A stretch of 64,000 nt of DNA from Coniocarpon cinnabarinum (Eukaryota), in the NCBI GenBank assembly GCA_051942205.1, contig JAVECO010000021.1, forward strand, positions 1 through 64,000, written 5' to 3'. The position numbers were made by a program, and so were the translations under genes. Below the pieces are notes generated by a model, which saw only the letters and a program-made list of their open reading frames with translations, was not told where the DNA came from and ran no database searches. Positions 26,719 to 40,151 of this stretch are shown one piece after another. The stretch's first letter is position 1. Every line of letters begins with the position of its first letter.

Positions 26719-26742
26719 GACGACGACGACGACGACGACGAC
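26719..26742. repeat. (GAC)8 microsatellite upstream of fasciclin gene
   Basis: Eight tandem GAC units read directly. Confidence 0.9.
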
Positions 26743-27443
26743 GAACTAGAATCCTGCCGCCTGATGGATGGCGTAACCGCAACCCTCCGATCGCAGAGGA
26801 ACGATCAAGAGGCGGGGAAAAGATCGATACTTATCGATATCGGGATGATTCTTGATGAGAGGCCCCGCAGACGCTGAGAGCTTAGTCACGTGCTCAAAAA
26901 GCACAGAATCGTCGCAGCATCAAAGCGCCTTGCATCGACCGTTCAACATCTAAAACAGCCACAATCACGAAGGTACTCCGTGATTGCGCCCTTGCAATCG
27001 GCAGGCTCTCGTGCTGTCCTCGTGAAACATGCATGACGTCTCGTAGCGAGTCCACGTCGGACCTTGGTGCCCAACGTCCCATGATTGGTATGGATTCCTC
27101 AATGTCTTTCTGTGCTTCAGCCGCCTTGTCTCAACCTTGAATGGCTTGTGATCCTGTTCGAAGCAAACATTGAAGCGGATCCGTTTCGTCTTGTGGCGCA
27201 CCCGTCTACGCGCCATCGCTGTTTTGACGTGTGACGTCAACGTAGCTGGTTCTGAGTCTGGGCAACGAGGCTAGCAAGGATGCGCGGGAGGTGTGTGCTT
27301 GACAGCGCTTGCAAGAGATTAGAAGTCTAGACAATTTCCCTTCATCTTTTCCAAACACCATCCGTGATGCGCGAAGAACGTGACGTCGAACACTAAGAGG
27401 GCTCTACACCCACTGCCTTGATCAGGGCGCTGGCCCGTCTGCA

Positions 27444-28398
27444 ATGTTCACGACTTTGGCACTTCTCACAGCTTCAGCGCTGCGAGCTGCTGCCTCACCG
27501 CAGGATGGTTCCAGCCCACAGCCTTCAACGGCGCCATCTGGAGGTGTCAATTTCGTCATTCAGAACCAACATCCGGCGAACCTCAGTATGGTCTACGCCA
27601 ACGGTCCCAACGGCATCAACCCCTTGACCTCACCTACACTTATTAGGGTCAATGAGAGTGTCACAGCGACATTTCCTCCTGAATGGCAGGGCAACATCCA
27701 GGTAGTCCAAGATGGTGTTGGAGGGGATTACAGTCAGGCTAGTTGGATGGTACGAGGCTGCATGACAGAGACTTCCTTGAACAACGCTCGGCTAATTACT
27801 TGGGAACAGGAGGGCAATACCCTGAACGGCCAGGTGTGGATGGAGTGAGTAAACGCTAGATTTCGTCATCAGCGTTCGAGCTTTCGGCGCACTTTGCAAG
27901 TTGCGCCTGCGGACGCTGACGGCTCATTCCCAGCGTCTCCTATGTTCGCGGCTTCTCAGTTTCCATTGTCTGCCAATGCGCACAGGCGGATGGCTCGCAG
28001 CGCGTCTCCGGTTGCAACAACGACCTGTGGTCGTTTACACAAGGCTCTTGTCCATATCAAGGTGGGCAGACTAATGTCACTTGTCCCAACTATTCAAAAG
28101 ACGAAGGTCCATCAAAGGTGTGGTTTTCGCCCTGCGACCACCTCGCCTATACCTACCGTGAGTCATGAGCAACGATTGTCTGAAGATGGCAGTTTACGAA
28201 GTTATTTCAATAGCAAATGATATCCCGAACTACCAATGCGCTGCCGGAGCGCCAGTAAATTGCTGTATTGGCAATACCTGCCCACGACCAGCGAACCCAC
28301 CTGGAACTGGCGAGAATGCCGCAAGTGGACAGGTCAAGCCAAGTTTGACGCTGGCCACAGTCATCTTCGCGCTCGGCTTTATAGGAAACCTGGTCTAA
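27444..28398 (+). CDS. Small fungal thaumatin-like secreted protein, probable GPI anchor
   Basis: Four exons (introns 27750-27809, 27845-27933, 28158-28213) give a signal peptide, FPPEWQGNI, DVSYVRGFSVSIVCQC, SGCNNDLW, FSPC...AYTYPND, CCIG and a hydrophobic C-terminus. Confidence 0.75.
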
Positions 28399-28808
28399 CA
28401 GATGCATCATGCAATCGCGGAATGTCAAATGTCGATGGAAGACCGTGAAAATTTTGGTTAGACACAGTAAAGCGTGATTGTGGTACATCATACTTGGACT
28501 CGTCAAGAGCCATGAACAAGAGCCGTTGCCGGATTCCAAGCATAGGCAGCGAGCCTATACAATGCGGAGATTTTGACACGTCAAGCGATGAGTACGCTCG
28601 CGAAAGCCCCCACACAGTACGAGACACTGAATTGTTGTGCGGCAATCACCGTCGTCTTGAGCCTCTGCAGCTAAACTTAGACTCAACCCAATAGCCACAC
28701 ATTCGTGGAGCGCAGTACCCACATAACCAGAGTTCGTCGAGCTTGATGGTCTCATTTCCAATGACTGGGGCTTCCGATGATAATGTTATAGACGTATTGA
28801 GAGTCTTT

Positions 28809-30259
28809 TCAACGCGGCCATCTCTTGCACTGCCAGAGCACACTCCATCCACCGAATAAAGAGGCAAGACCAGTGAAGATAATCAGCGCCGAGTATTGTG
28901 TCCCATATCCAGTATTTCCATTGCTACTTTTCGAGCCAGGTTGAAGTAAGAAAATCCCAGCTAGCCCACCAGCCACATATCCGATGCCTCTTGATCCGTT
29001 CAAGAGCCCATAGATGACGCCGGCATCGATTGCCTCATTCCTGAATGCTGCCTCACCTTCCAACTCGTTGAGCACGCCGCCCCACGTTGAGCTGTATCCG
29101 CTAGTGAAAAACCCATATATGATTGCAAACAGGACCAACAAAGCAAGGCTGTTGCGCGGCGCGAGGCCCCAGAGCAAAAAGATCGAGACTCCTGCGGGAA
29201 GAGCCGAGATACACGTTGTGCTCGTTGCTCCGAGCGGAAAACGTTTGTTATCATTGAGCAGCCCAAAAAACGATGAAGAAAGAATACCCGGGATGTTGAA
29301 GATTGCCAGCAATAGCGTCGCCGACGTAGTCGAGAAAGACCCGGCGTCGTGAGCGTAAGCACCCAGGTACGTCTGAGGGATGCCATATCCCGCGCTCTGC
29401 AAAAGGGTAGCTATGCTGTAGATGTAAAATGTGTTGTGCTTCAGGAAGTGCCAAGGTATGTGGCGACGGCGGCTGTCTACCACGCGCATGCTCGACGGCT
29501 GACCTGGTATAACAAGAATAGCGAGGATACTACTCGCGCCCGCTAGAGCTGCCCAGATTCTTAGTGTCAAGTGAAACCCATACCTGTCGAGCAAGTATCT
29601 GAACAGGAATGGGCATGTCGATCCAGCAATGTTTTTCGTGGACAGTATGATTCCATAAGCTACCGCGCGATACGTATTGGCAAACCATTCACCAAGCGAG
29701 AGAGTGATTGGACTGTAGATGAGAGCACATCCTATCGGTGCCAGAACGCCTTGCGTGGCCACTACATGCCATACGCGGGTGCTGTATGAAGACAGAACGA
29801 AGCTGAGACAGTTGACGACGGCTCCACAGATAGCAATTGCACGGCGATAGTGCGCCCAGCGTCGTGCAAGAGCCGCGAACAGGAAGGGCATCAGAATGTA
29901 GATTACACCGTTGAAAGTCGTTCCGATGAGACCAGTGACTGAATGACTCCCAGGTTCCAGGGGCCAGTCGCTTGTGTAATACTCTTGGAAAACGCCATAG
30001 CTCATCGCGAAGCCTCCAAATGATTAACAGAAGGAAGTGAGATGTCGAAGATGACTCACTCACCCCATATTGGTAGCTGAAGCAGAGCGCAAGCTCCGAG
30101 CACGCTGCTTTGTTGCTTGCTTAACTTCCGTGATCCTGTCGGACGAGACGGCTCTTCAAGTTCGAGACTTTGACGCTCGGCTGTCTCTTCATGTACTTGT
30201 GCATGTGACGCTACGCCGTCAGAGTGAGCACGAACGGCATGGCATTGAGTCTGTGACAT
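28809..30259 (-). CDS. MFS transporter, monocarboxylate porter (MCT)-like
   Basis: Intron 30014-30063 joins LPIWG|FAMSYGVFQEYY; many hydrophobic segments; LGEWF motif. Confidence 0.88.
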
Positions 30260-31928
30260 TTCGACACCAGCAAAGCTTTCGAGCGGTCACAGAAATATTT
30301 CATACGCAGCAAGAGCACAATCTGACCATCGTGAGCTCTTCCCGACCCTTTACGACTTTCAACAGAAGTAAGTGAATGTATAGACAAAGCCATAGGCAAG
30401 TCCCTAGGATCGGAGTCAGACGTTGTTCGGAGTGACCCCGCAGTCCCTGCCTGCTCCAAGAGAAAAACTCTATAGGGATCGGCCGTCCACGTAAAGCTAC
30501 AAGCAGACGATGCGATGCAAAGAGCCATGCCTGTGGTCTATGGTCGCTCAATGTAGCTGGAAGGTCAAAGCATAAGGTATCCGACGACGTGACTGCAGGT
30601 GCCCTTTCGGCGGACGCTGCAAGGGCCTTGAATAACAGTTCTCGCGCCCTCACGATGTTCTTGCAGGCGCAGGACGGCTTTGACGTCGTGCAAGTAGCTC
30701 TGAAAGTCAATGATCCGTTATGCTAGAGGTTCATTGTTCAGACTTGCGCTCCGGAACCACGTTTGAGATTCGACAGTGCTGCAGATGCTTGTGGCAGTGC
30801 ACGGATACGGATTGAGTTTTGTGTGGCGATGCAGGCGCGTGCTCCTTGCCCGCACCTTCGTTTGTTTTCCAATCATTTGTCCTCTAGCGTACACCATTCT
30901 GTCTCGTTATCCGCAATGAAGATGCAGGACTTCTGCTGCTCGATGCTCGCTTTCCGAGCACACGCTCCTCCCAGCTTCTTGCCTTCATGGACGTACAGGT
31001 CTCTGGATGCCATCGATATCAACCAGGGGCGCAGAAGCCTCACTGAAGAGCCCATGCAAGTCAATTACATCGCTCATCTAATGTGCACCCTGAATGCAGT
31101 AAGTATTCGTTGGACAGGTATTGTTAGGGTCGCGGTCGCGGTGCCTAGATCTCTGCCGATCGCTTTAGCTCGAGCTCGGCTCATATGCAGGCGCAGTCGG
31201 TCTTGTAAGCAATATCAGGGGTAGGGCATGGTGCAAGACTAGGTAGGGAGGCTTGCAGCAAGCGACCCCGCAGGATCAAGGGCGTTATCAGCCGACTGTC
31301 ATGTTTTTTTGCTGCTTTCGGCATCAAACTGTCAGGGACTTCACAGTCGAGACTCCTCGACCATGTTGAGCCTCCAACTCAGTGCTGGCCCCAATCACGC
31401 TCGTGCGCACCCATCATGCGCCCCTAGGGTGTACTCACAACTCACGTCGTCCGCAGCTTACCTGTCATCTCAACGTGAGAAGTGAGATCGATCAGCATGC
31501 AAGGAGTTCCAGACAAAGAGTGGATGTGGGGACATCATTCCCGGTCCCTGGTCGTTCACGATATGGGGTTGTACAAACACATCATGTTCTCGACGCATGC
31601 GACGCTACGCGATCAAGCAAGCTGCGTTTGTGACAAGTCGACTGCCGGTACTTGCCCATGCATGCGACAATGGCTAGACAATTCCACGCGGCACTATGCA
31701 TAACCGTCGTGGCCACAATATGTGTGCATGGAGCGTGAAGCATTACAAAAGGCGCTCTTTCCTCGCTCTGCATTTCTTGCGCCGTTGCTTCCTTGCCTGA
31801 CTGCCTTCAAGATCGCTTCGGCTTGACGCGGCTTTGCTTCCACACACTCGGAAGGATAGAAAGACGCTGCACAAGATATTTAGTAAATCGCCTCGGAAAG
31901 ACTCGTCCCCCTTGCATTTGAAGCAGCC

Positions 31929-33060
31929 ATGGCTGCCGCCGCCGAAGTCCAGCCTCCACCAGCTCTGCCAGATTACTTGACGAACCCCAACGCTGTGCTC
32001 GGAGACGTTGAGGCATCGTGGAGATACGGCCAACCCCCAGATTATTCCAAGACTCGATCGTACTTCGAGGCAAGTAAGTTGATACGTTGTCCTGGCGGGG
32101 AAATTCCGGCTTATCTCCTTGTATCACCCCATCTTGAGTGACACAGGAGAGTCCGAGATCCACTTGAGACCTATCAATCGTCTTCAAAATCTGACTTCTG
32201 CTGCAGCCAAGACGTCAAATCATGAAGCGGGAAGCTTGCCCGAGTTGGTGCAGAATCTCGTGAAAAATTGGGAAGTCGAAGCCTCGTTCAAGACAAAGCT
32301 TTCAGACTGGCGAACAATCAACCCTGATGAGTACTCGTTTTCTATCAACGGTCGTGACCCTCAGACCGGCGAGGAAATGCTCAAGATTGGCACCTACAAC
32401 GCCATCATACAGCCGGGAAATGAGTACTATTCACCGGAGCATTCTACTTTTGCACAGAGTCATAAAACTTTCAAAAGGATGATGCCTACATTCGCGTGGG
32501 AGGTGCTCGATGTCATTGGCGCTCCGCCCGCAGTGGGAATCAAGTGGAGACACTGGGGGACGATGAAGGATGATTACGTAGGCTTCAACGACAAGGGCGA
32601 AAAGGTCATTGCCAAAGCGCACGGAGGCCCGATTGAGCTCAAGGGAACGACGTGGGCTTGGGTTGATGACAAGGTGCGTGTGAAAAAGCTAGAGACTTGG
32701 TTTGATCCCCTCGAAATGTTTAGACAAATCGCACCCAACGGAATCGTCAACAAAGAGACGGTGAAGCCTGAAGCAGCCGGCGTTACTCCAGCGGAGACGG
32801 TGGTCGCGCCCAAGACGGATGCAGAACGTCTCGGCACACAAGCGACAGCGGTCTCGAGGAATTCTAGTTCTAGTCACGAGGACTTTGTCGATGTGAGTCA
32901 TCCAGATAAGTCTAGCGATGGAGTTTTGAGTTCCGAAGTGAGCGGGCTGGGCGAGGGAAGCGCTGTAGCGTTAGCCAATGACGATAGAAGGACGACAGAG
33001 GCGCACGAAGAGATGAGCAAGATTACGCCGCTGCAATGTCCTTTCATGAATAAAGAGTAA
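31929..33060 (+). CDS. Pathogen-related protein homolog (NTF2/SnoaL-like fold)
   Basis: Intron 32074-32206; WRYGQPPDY, GSLPELVQNLVKNWEVEASFK, SHKTFKRMMPTFAWEVL and KWRHWG motifs shared with plant/fungal pathogen-related proteins. Confidence 0.8.
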
Positions 33061-33985
33061 CAAGCAGTCAATTCGACTAGGCTTCCGGTTTCCTGAACCG
33101 CGTGGAAGATGACGGGACACGACTCCTTTGACACGTGATGCAAACTCCTTCTGGGTGCCCTATGGTCCTATGCGAAACAGTATGACCGCAGTGGTGGATA
33201 GGAGACTGGCTTTGGCAGCACCGTGGGTTATGCTACTTCGGTAGTGGCGGGAGACGCGGATGCTCATGAACGCTGCTGCCTTGTTGCTCGATAACATCAG
33301 CATCCGGCAACGCGAAGCTTGATCAAAGACTGTCACGGCGCATCTCGCACACTGAATGATGCTATTTTCTGCACTGGAATATTACGTGTACATCCTTAGT
33401 TGATCGCAGTGGCGAGGCCAATGCGAGAGACCGAACCTCGGCCGGCCAGTGACTAAGCTCACGAGTTGCTACATTTGGTAAAAGAGTGACGCTCGGCCAA
33501 TCAGCCGCTCACGTTCGGTCAGCAACAGCTGCCTCTGAAATCCCTGCAGCCTTGACGAGTTCACACGTGCTGACGGGTGGCTGTCGCATGATCTTACCAA
33601 GCGGAGACGGCTTCGGCCTTGACAGTCAGATGATTTCACGACGGCTGGAAGGAATTGGTAGATGACAGCGGTGGATCAGGCAGCAACGGGTGAGGACGAA
33701 AACGAGTGGGTGGCGTTGTTGAACAAACTCGCTTCGAGGTGGCGAAAAAAACGGGTCACGGGAGTGCTAGGCGCAGTCTTGTCCAAGGCTTTGTTTGACA
33801 GGGACGTCGCCATGTACGTCCCCTTTGTAGCGCGGGACTTGGTTCAATCGACAGCAAGGCACGTTCGGTATTGTGCGATGCAAACTGGCGAGACAGGAGG
33901 AGAAAGAGGGGGCGCAGCAGCAAACAAAGGGCTCCATTGTGGAGTGGAGGGAGGAGGAGAGAGATCGGGCGGGCGAGGGTGGAGG

Positions 33986-33992
33986 TGAGTCA
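33986..33992. promoter_or_regulatory. Candidate Gcn4/CpcA (AP-1) site TGAGTCA upstream of Pcl5-like cyclin
   Basis: Exact TGAGTCA ~0.3-0.4 kb before a CT-rich putative transcription start region; yeast PCL5 is a Gcn4 target. Confidence 0.5.
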
Positions 33993-34754
33993 ATCGTTGG
34001 GTCATCGTCACTCGTCCATGAGGTCTGCGGTGGCGGGCGAGGGCTGCCATCACAAGACGTGGCACTCCACTTCTCCCGACCGCCGCCTCGCCCACCAGCA
34101 CTGAGCATGACCCATCCTGATCCACGCCTCCACCCTCTTCTTGCCAGCACCTCCTCGCCTTCTCTTTTCCCCTGCGAGCTACCATGAATCAAGCACCGGC
34201 CATGATGAGAATCCCGATGTGGTCAGCAGTCTTGCTGTCTTGACTGACCGAAGGACTACGCTGTCATCTGGTTCTCTAGCTCGCCCACACCTTCCTCCAT
34301 CGCTCAGCGAATCCCCACGCGCGGCGACTCTCTGAACCTCACCCTTCTTCGGCAGCAGTCGCTCTGACGCTGTATCTCTCATAGTTTCTTTCGCGTCTGA
34401 CGCAGCTTGAATCTCCACTCACATTTCTGCTAACTTCTGCTCAACATTGAATTTTCAATTGTTCTTATCGGCTGCCAGGGCTTTCCGCACCCAGCTCCTC
34501 CCATTTTCTAATCGCGCAACTGGCACACTCCTATTTCTCATTCGCCTTTGATTTCAGCAACTAGCAAGCGGCTTGTGTGGAGAGCAGGACTACAGCTGGA
34601 AAGTCTTGGAAGCCTGGCACTGGTCAGCAATTTCGTCACATTACCAGTCATCGCTTTTTGCCACTAGGCACCCTCGACCTCACCCAAGCTTGCTGCTTTA
34701 CCGGTCTTTGGTACCCTCTCTCTTCGTCTCTCGGGCCCTGTCACAGCTCCCACA

Positions 34755-34913
34755 ATGAAAGCCTGGCAAAGCCACGAAGACATGAACATACATACGAGTC
34801 CTATGAAGACTACCACCAATTTTGAGAGGAAGATTTTCGCGACAGGTGATCGAGAAATATACACGTACACTACTTTGGCCTTGGAAATTGTCATGGCTGG
34901 CGTTCTCGTATGA
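34755..34913 (+). other. 52-codon upstream ORF, or exon 1 of the cyclin
   Basis: ACA-ATG context; MKAWQSHED...MAGVLV*; a GTATGA donor-like site at 34908. Confidence 0.45.
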
Positions 34914-35136
34914 GTCCCGCTCTGCTGTGTCAGAAGCTGCTTGACGTGAAGCAATAGTTTGAGGAGGCTGACGAGCCAACTTCGTCTCCGTCTCATCCCT
35001 CGCTTCCCCGTGTTCTTCTCGAGAGGACCCTTTCATTCTAGGATTCCTTTCTATTGGTGGTGTCAGCGACAATTTGTTCAAAGGTTTCCCCCGCCTCTGA
35101 ATTCGCTGTTTCTTCAACATATTTACGTTCTTGAAG

Positions 35137-37120
35137 TCATCCATCGTGGCTTCCCCAAGAAACCAACCTCGAGCGGCGAAAGCCGTCAGAGCTTCGCAAA
35201 GCTCCCGCGACGGACGACGATCTGCTCGACCAGGACCAAGTACGGTCCCACAAGAGCTTCCAAAGCTTCAGCAATGGCCGACAGCGAGGGAGAGCTCCCA
35301 CCTCGCCGCACAGGTCAGCCCGTCCAGCTCCTCCGGAAGTGACAAAGTTTCGGTCTCCGGCATCTCCTCTGCCACTACGCCTAGCTCTCCTCCGACGCCA
35401 GTCGATTCTGGTTATCTCTCAACTCATAGCTCATCGCCTGTTCGAGACACCGCGGAGTGGCTGAGGAGCAGTCAGGGTCATGGTGTCAGTGAAGAAACCA
35501 ATGCCACTGGCGCTCTTGAAGCATCCTCCCGTGTGGCTTCGCTTCGGTGTCAAGAGCCAAATCCACGACGAACAACGGTGTCAGCATCTTGGAAACGACC
35601 CCAGCTGGTCCGCCAAGAGCATCGCCGGCAGATGCTTGTAGAGCAACTCGTCGGTAAGTTCCATTGAAGCTGCCATGATATGGCTGTTCTTCATCAAGGA
35701 CGAATCTAACATGCACTCAGACTCCGCAACGACTTTAGTAGCCCAGATTTGGCCCGTCTCAAATACGAACACCATACTGGCGAACAGAGTCATCTCTCTT
35801 CGGACTTACATTCGCGAAACCCTGAGGAGGTCTCGCACCAGCTACTCTACCCTGCAGGTTACGTTGTGGTATCTAGTTCTAATACGACCTCTCGTAGTCG
35901 CAGCTCAGCGAGAACGCATCACGTGCGCTTGGACTGGCAAGGACTGTGACTTGAGCAGGTTGAACGGCGACGATGAACAAAGTTGTGTTCTATTGTGTGG
36001 ACGCCGTATGTTTCTCACTGCTCTGATACTGGCTTCGAAATATCTTCAAGACCGAAATTTCACGATCAAGGCTTGGAGCAAAATCACTGGTCTGCCTGCC
36101 AAAGACATTGCTTCGAATGAGGCGCTCTTTCTATCGAAGATCAACTGGAAACTCCACATGTCCGAAACAAACTTCAAATGCTGGAATTCCGTCATTCTCA
36201 GCTGTACGGATTCTACCAGACTTGGTCGCGATCCAAACAACGCGTGGTCCTTTGTTTTGGACACAGCGGAAGAAGGCAAGACTTTGCATCAGATTGCGCT
36301 TGGCCTCTCTGTACAACGGCAACAAGTGGACATCAAGAGTGAAGCACCTGCTACTTATGAGACCCAATGCGGACTCTTGACACCAACTGTCTCATTCGGC
36401 CCGAGTGAAGACACTGCGTGTTCTCCGAAGGATATCCATCTATCACGGCAGACGCAGCCAAAGTTCTCGCCTGCGTTGTCACTTGGCGGTGAGTCAAGCT
36501 CATCCGACCTTTCAGTCAGGGAGCTTGAAGCTGCCAAGCCGCAAGTCGGCAGTGACATTCGATGTCATACACGCTTTGATCATACTCCTATGCGAATCAG
36601 TGATGGCACCGGAGACGAAGCACTGCATTCTCGTCAAAGTACCCTTGCGGTCAAAGCCCTGAATATCTACATGACGCCTCCTGACTTAGGAGACGACGTG
36701 CGGGCCGAGGAAACCACCCGGTCAGCTCGCCCGCATCACGCGTTGAAATCTTCTTCTCGGACCGTCGAGACCGACAAAGCCACCGCTCTTGTTACGTCCT
36801 CGAACACCAGCATCGAACCATCTTGTCCAGTTCTGCCTAGCATCCAAAATTGTGATGCTATGAAGACTGCGATGCGCGCTGATCCAGCGCCGCGAGCAGT
36901 GACATGGCGTTATCACGACCCGAAATACTCGACCTCGGTTTTCCCCGCCTGGTCTGATCGCGGCATGACACAACAGTCAATAGCTCACAGGAGCATCAAG
37001 CAGCCGTTGTCAATCCACGGAACTAAGAGACCTGCGGACTGCGACCTAGGTGGACCCTACGCCACACAGTATGGCAATGTACTCAAATCAAGATGTGTCG
37101 AACCTGGTGTGGTGAAATAG
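35137..37120 (+). CDS. Pho85-type cyclin, Pcl5-like (5' end unresolved)
   Basis: Intron 35654-35720 joins LVEQLV|DSATTLVAQIWP; cyclin box LRTYIRETLRRSRTSYSTLQVTLWYL...CGRRMFLTALILASKYLQDRNF..AWSKITGL. Confidence 0.85.
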
Positions 37121-37550
37121 ATGTGCGCCGCCTGCAGTGCAAGCTCATCTATTGAAGCATCAAGCAGTCATCTATGTCCTGCACTGTTCAACTATGATTG
37201 CACAGCGTTCATGGTCTGCAAATCTTTCAACGATTTCCTTTTGACGACGGCGTTATTTGAATTGTTCAAACCTGGTTCGTGCACCAGAGGTTTGATGTGT
37301 AAGAGGGATCGGCGCATCCACATCGTATCTGTACATATTGCATGAGCACTGAAATCTTTCAACACATGTTGTGTAGCTGGCATGCTGTGTGTAGCGAGTT
37401 CCGCTCACAAACTGCAAGGCTCTTCTGACGACTCAAGCGTATTGCGCCTACCTTGCTGAGTTTACTCCCACTCGGTGGGCAGGGTAACATACTACAAGCT
37501 ATGTCAGTGGTAAATGCGTCAGTCCACGAAACCTAGCAAAATGCTTAGCG

Positions 37551-39410
37551 ATGGAGAGTCTCGAAGATGTTGAATGGGACGTTGTCATCGCGGGTACCTC
37601 GCTTTCACAATGCCTCCTCGCACTGTATGACTCTTCGCCATGAATATCAATGTCCAACATGGCTGATGCCATCGAAGAGCACTTTCGCGGTCAGGCCTGC
37701 GTATTCTGCATGTTGACAAGAATGACTACTATGGCTCTTCTGCAGCAGCATTGAATCTGCAGGATGCTCAACAATGGGTCAGAGACGTTAACGAGCCGCA
37801 AAGCAGTATGGCCCGTTACGTCTATTTTTGCGGCAAATGCTCACTGTGTTCAAGTTTACAGGTCCTCCTTCTCTTCTGCATCCATCATTGCGCCTCCCGC
37901 TTCAACGTCTGAAGTGGATCGACTCTCAAATAACTCTTCGTTACTCGCGTCTGCACGACGCTATTCGTTAAGTCTATCACCGACCACGATACTCGCTCGC
38001 TCAGCTCTCATATCTACGGTCGTCTCCGCGCGTGTGGAGCAACAATTGGAGTTCGTTGCGCATGGGGCTACGTGGCTCTTGTCTGACACGACTTCTGCAC
38101 ATCACGACCAAAGTAGTGAATCGGTTAAAATTAATGCAGACATACCGCCGCATCGTACTTCACTTCTGAAGCGAGTGCCAGACAGTCGTGAGGATATTCT
38201 CGCAGACGAGACGCTAGACTCTAAAGCCAAGCGCAGCATTAACAAGTTCTTACGCTTTATTGCAGATCTTGAAGGCGAGTCACAGCAAGAGATTCGGGCT
38301 GAACGGCGGGACGCTCCGTTTAATGAATTTTTGCATGACAAATTTCGACTCGGGACTGAGCTGCAAAAGGACATCTATGCTCTGACTGCCAGTTTAGATA
38401 CTCCAAATGAGACACAAACTGAGTGGGCACTGCGACGAATAGAGCAATATCTCAGAAGCCTGGGCGCGTTAGGGCCTGGCTTTGCTGCCGTGGTGCCAAA
38501 ATATGGCGGGCTTGCTGAAGTAGCGCAAGTTTGCTGCCGCGCTCAAGCTGTAGGTGGTGGCACATATATGCTTGGACATGGTATTCGTCGCGTGGAGCAA
38601 GATATGTACGAGAACGACGCCCGACTCACTATCCAAATAAACAACGGGAGTAGTATTAAGGCACGTTGGATGGTTGGCACTGTGGACAATCTGCCGAACG
38701 ATGTCTTGCAGAACGTTGAGGAAGGACCCGTCTGCTCATGCAGTACTTCGGTGGTATCAGGATCTCTGACTGAGCTGTTCGCGAAGGCATCTGCAGAGAG
38801 CTCGGAGCCTGCAAGTGCAACCATTACTATACCATCAGAAGACGCGTCGCCGCCGGTCCAGATCATTGCTCATTCCAGCTTAACCGACGAATGCCCAGCA
38901 AATCAATGTGAGTCCTTTCGCCTTGTGCGCATTCCAAGATTTTGACATGATGAACCTTTAAAAACTTACCTACATTGACGGAATCTCTCTGTCGAAACAA
39001 CCTACCTCTGACAATCTGACTGTCTATACCTCCCTTTTGAGACGAACGTATAGCTTCATTCTCCAGCTATCGCGCTGACGCTCGATCTAGGTATCTTGTA
39101 CGCCATGACAAAGGAGCGAGAGGGCTTCTCTAGGCTTGAAAAAGCTGTCAATAGTCTGATCGCAAGTATCGATCCAGGCGTCAATGTCCTGTGGCAGCTT
39201 CGATACCACCACCACGCCCTTCGTGCTCGGTCGAAAATAGGAAAGGTTATCGTTTTTGATGAACCACCTTCTGATCTCGTCTTTGATGATACGGTCCTTG
39301 ATTCAGTAAAGAGCGCTTGGAAAGCAGTTCTGAATCTGGAGGACGGTGAAGGCGAATTTATGAGATTTACACCGAGAGAGGGTGAAGAGATAGCAGAGGA
39401 TGATACTTGA
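37551..39410 (+). CDS. MRS6: Rab escort protein (Rab geranylgeranyltransferase component A; GDI/REP family)
   Basis: WDVVIAGT; AL|ALSRSGLRILHVDKNDYYG; PKYGGLAEVAQVCCRAQAVGGGTYML. Introns 37625-37677, 37806-37854 and 38908-39090. Confidence 0.88.
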
Positions 39411-40151
39411 CAAGCAATCTGCGCTGAATTTGGTGTGCTCTGCCCTCGACTTTGATTTTTCTCAAGCCAAAGACCTTGATACTGCTCATCACAGATTTAG
39501 AGTCACCGAGGTTTGTGGCCTCTGGATTTGGATCCCCCGTTTTTTGGCATCTATGTATCACTCTTGACTACGTGATTGAATTACTGGTCCGCGCAATGCA
39601 ATGTGTGCAATCCGAATTGAATGGGAATGTACCGTCACGAAACGAACCGCTCCATCATACATATGTCCAGAGCAGCAGATACTGGACGTATTCCACCAAG
39701 TGGTCCATCTCCCGCATCGAAAACAGACGTTTGAGGTCTGTCAGATCTTGATCGACCTCTTCACATGGAAAAAGGGCCGTGGACCTTGACGCGCATAGGA
39801 GGGAGAGGAATACGATTGGATGAGCGAGATATTCAGCTTGCGGGGCGGAGATTGCGGAGATTGACAGGCGCTCTAGATGCTTGTCTGCACGCCTGTATGT
39901 TGTTAATCGTGAGCTCGAAGAGTTCAAGTTCTTGAATGTAACACCTCGCTTGGCAGCAATATGAGCGGAATCTTCATAGCACGAGGATGATCGAGAACAC
40001 AGACTATGCTATCGTTCGACACAGCACCCATGGGGCTCGATCTCATTAATAATTTGACCGTCAATTGAATATCTACAATTCACTCGCTTGAATACCACTC
40101 TTGCGTTCAGGACATCAGGCTTTACCTGCTCTCATTCGATCCGTTGCACTC

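Noticed and set aside
39367..39980. Short minus-strand ORFs between the Rab escort and RRP43 genes
   Set aside because: No ATG-led spliced model or recognisable domain.
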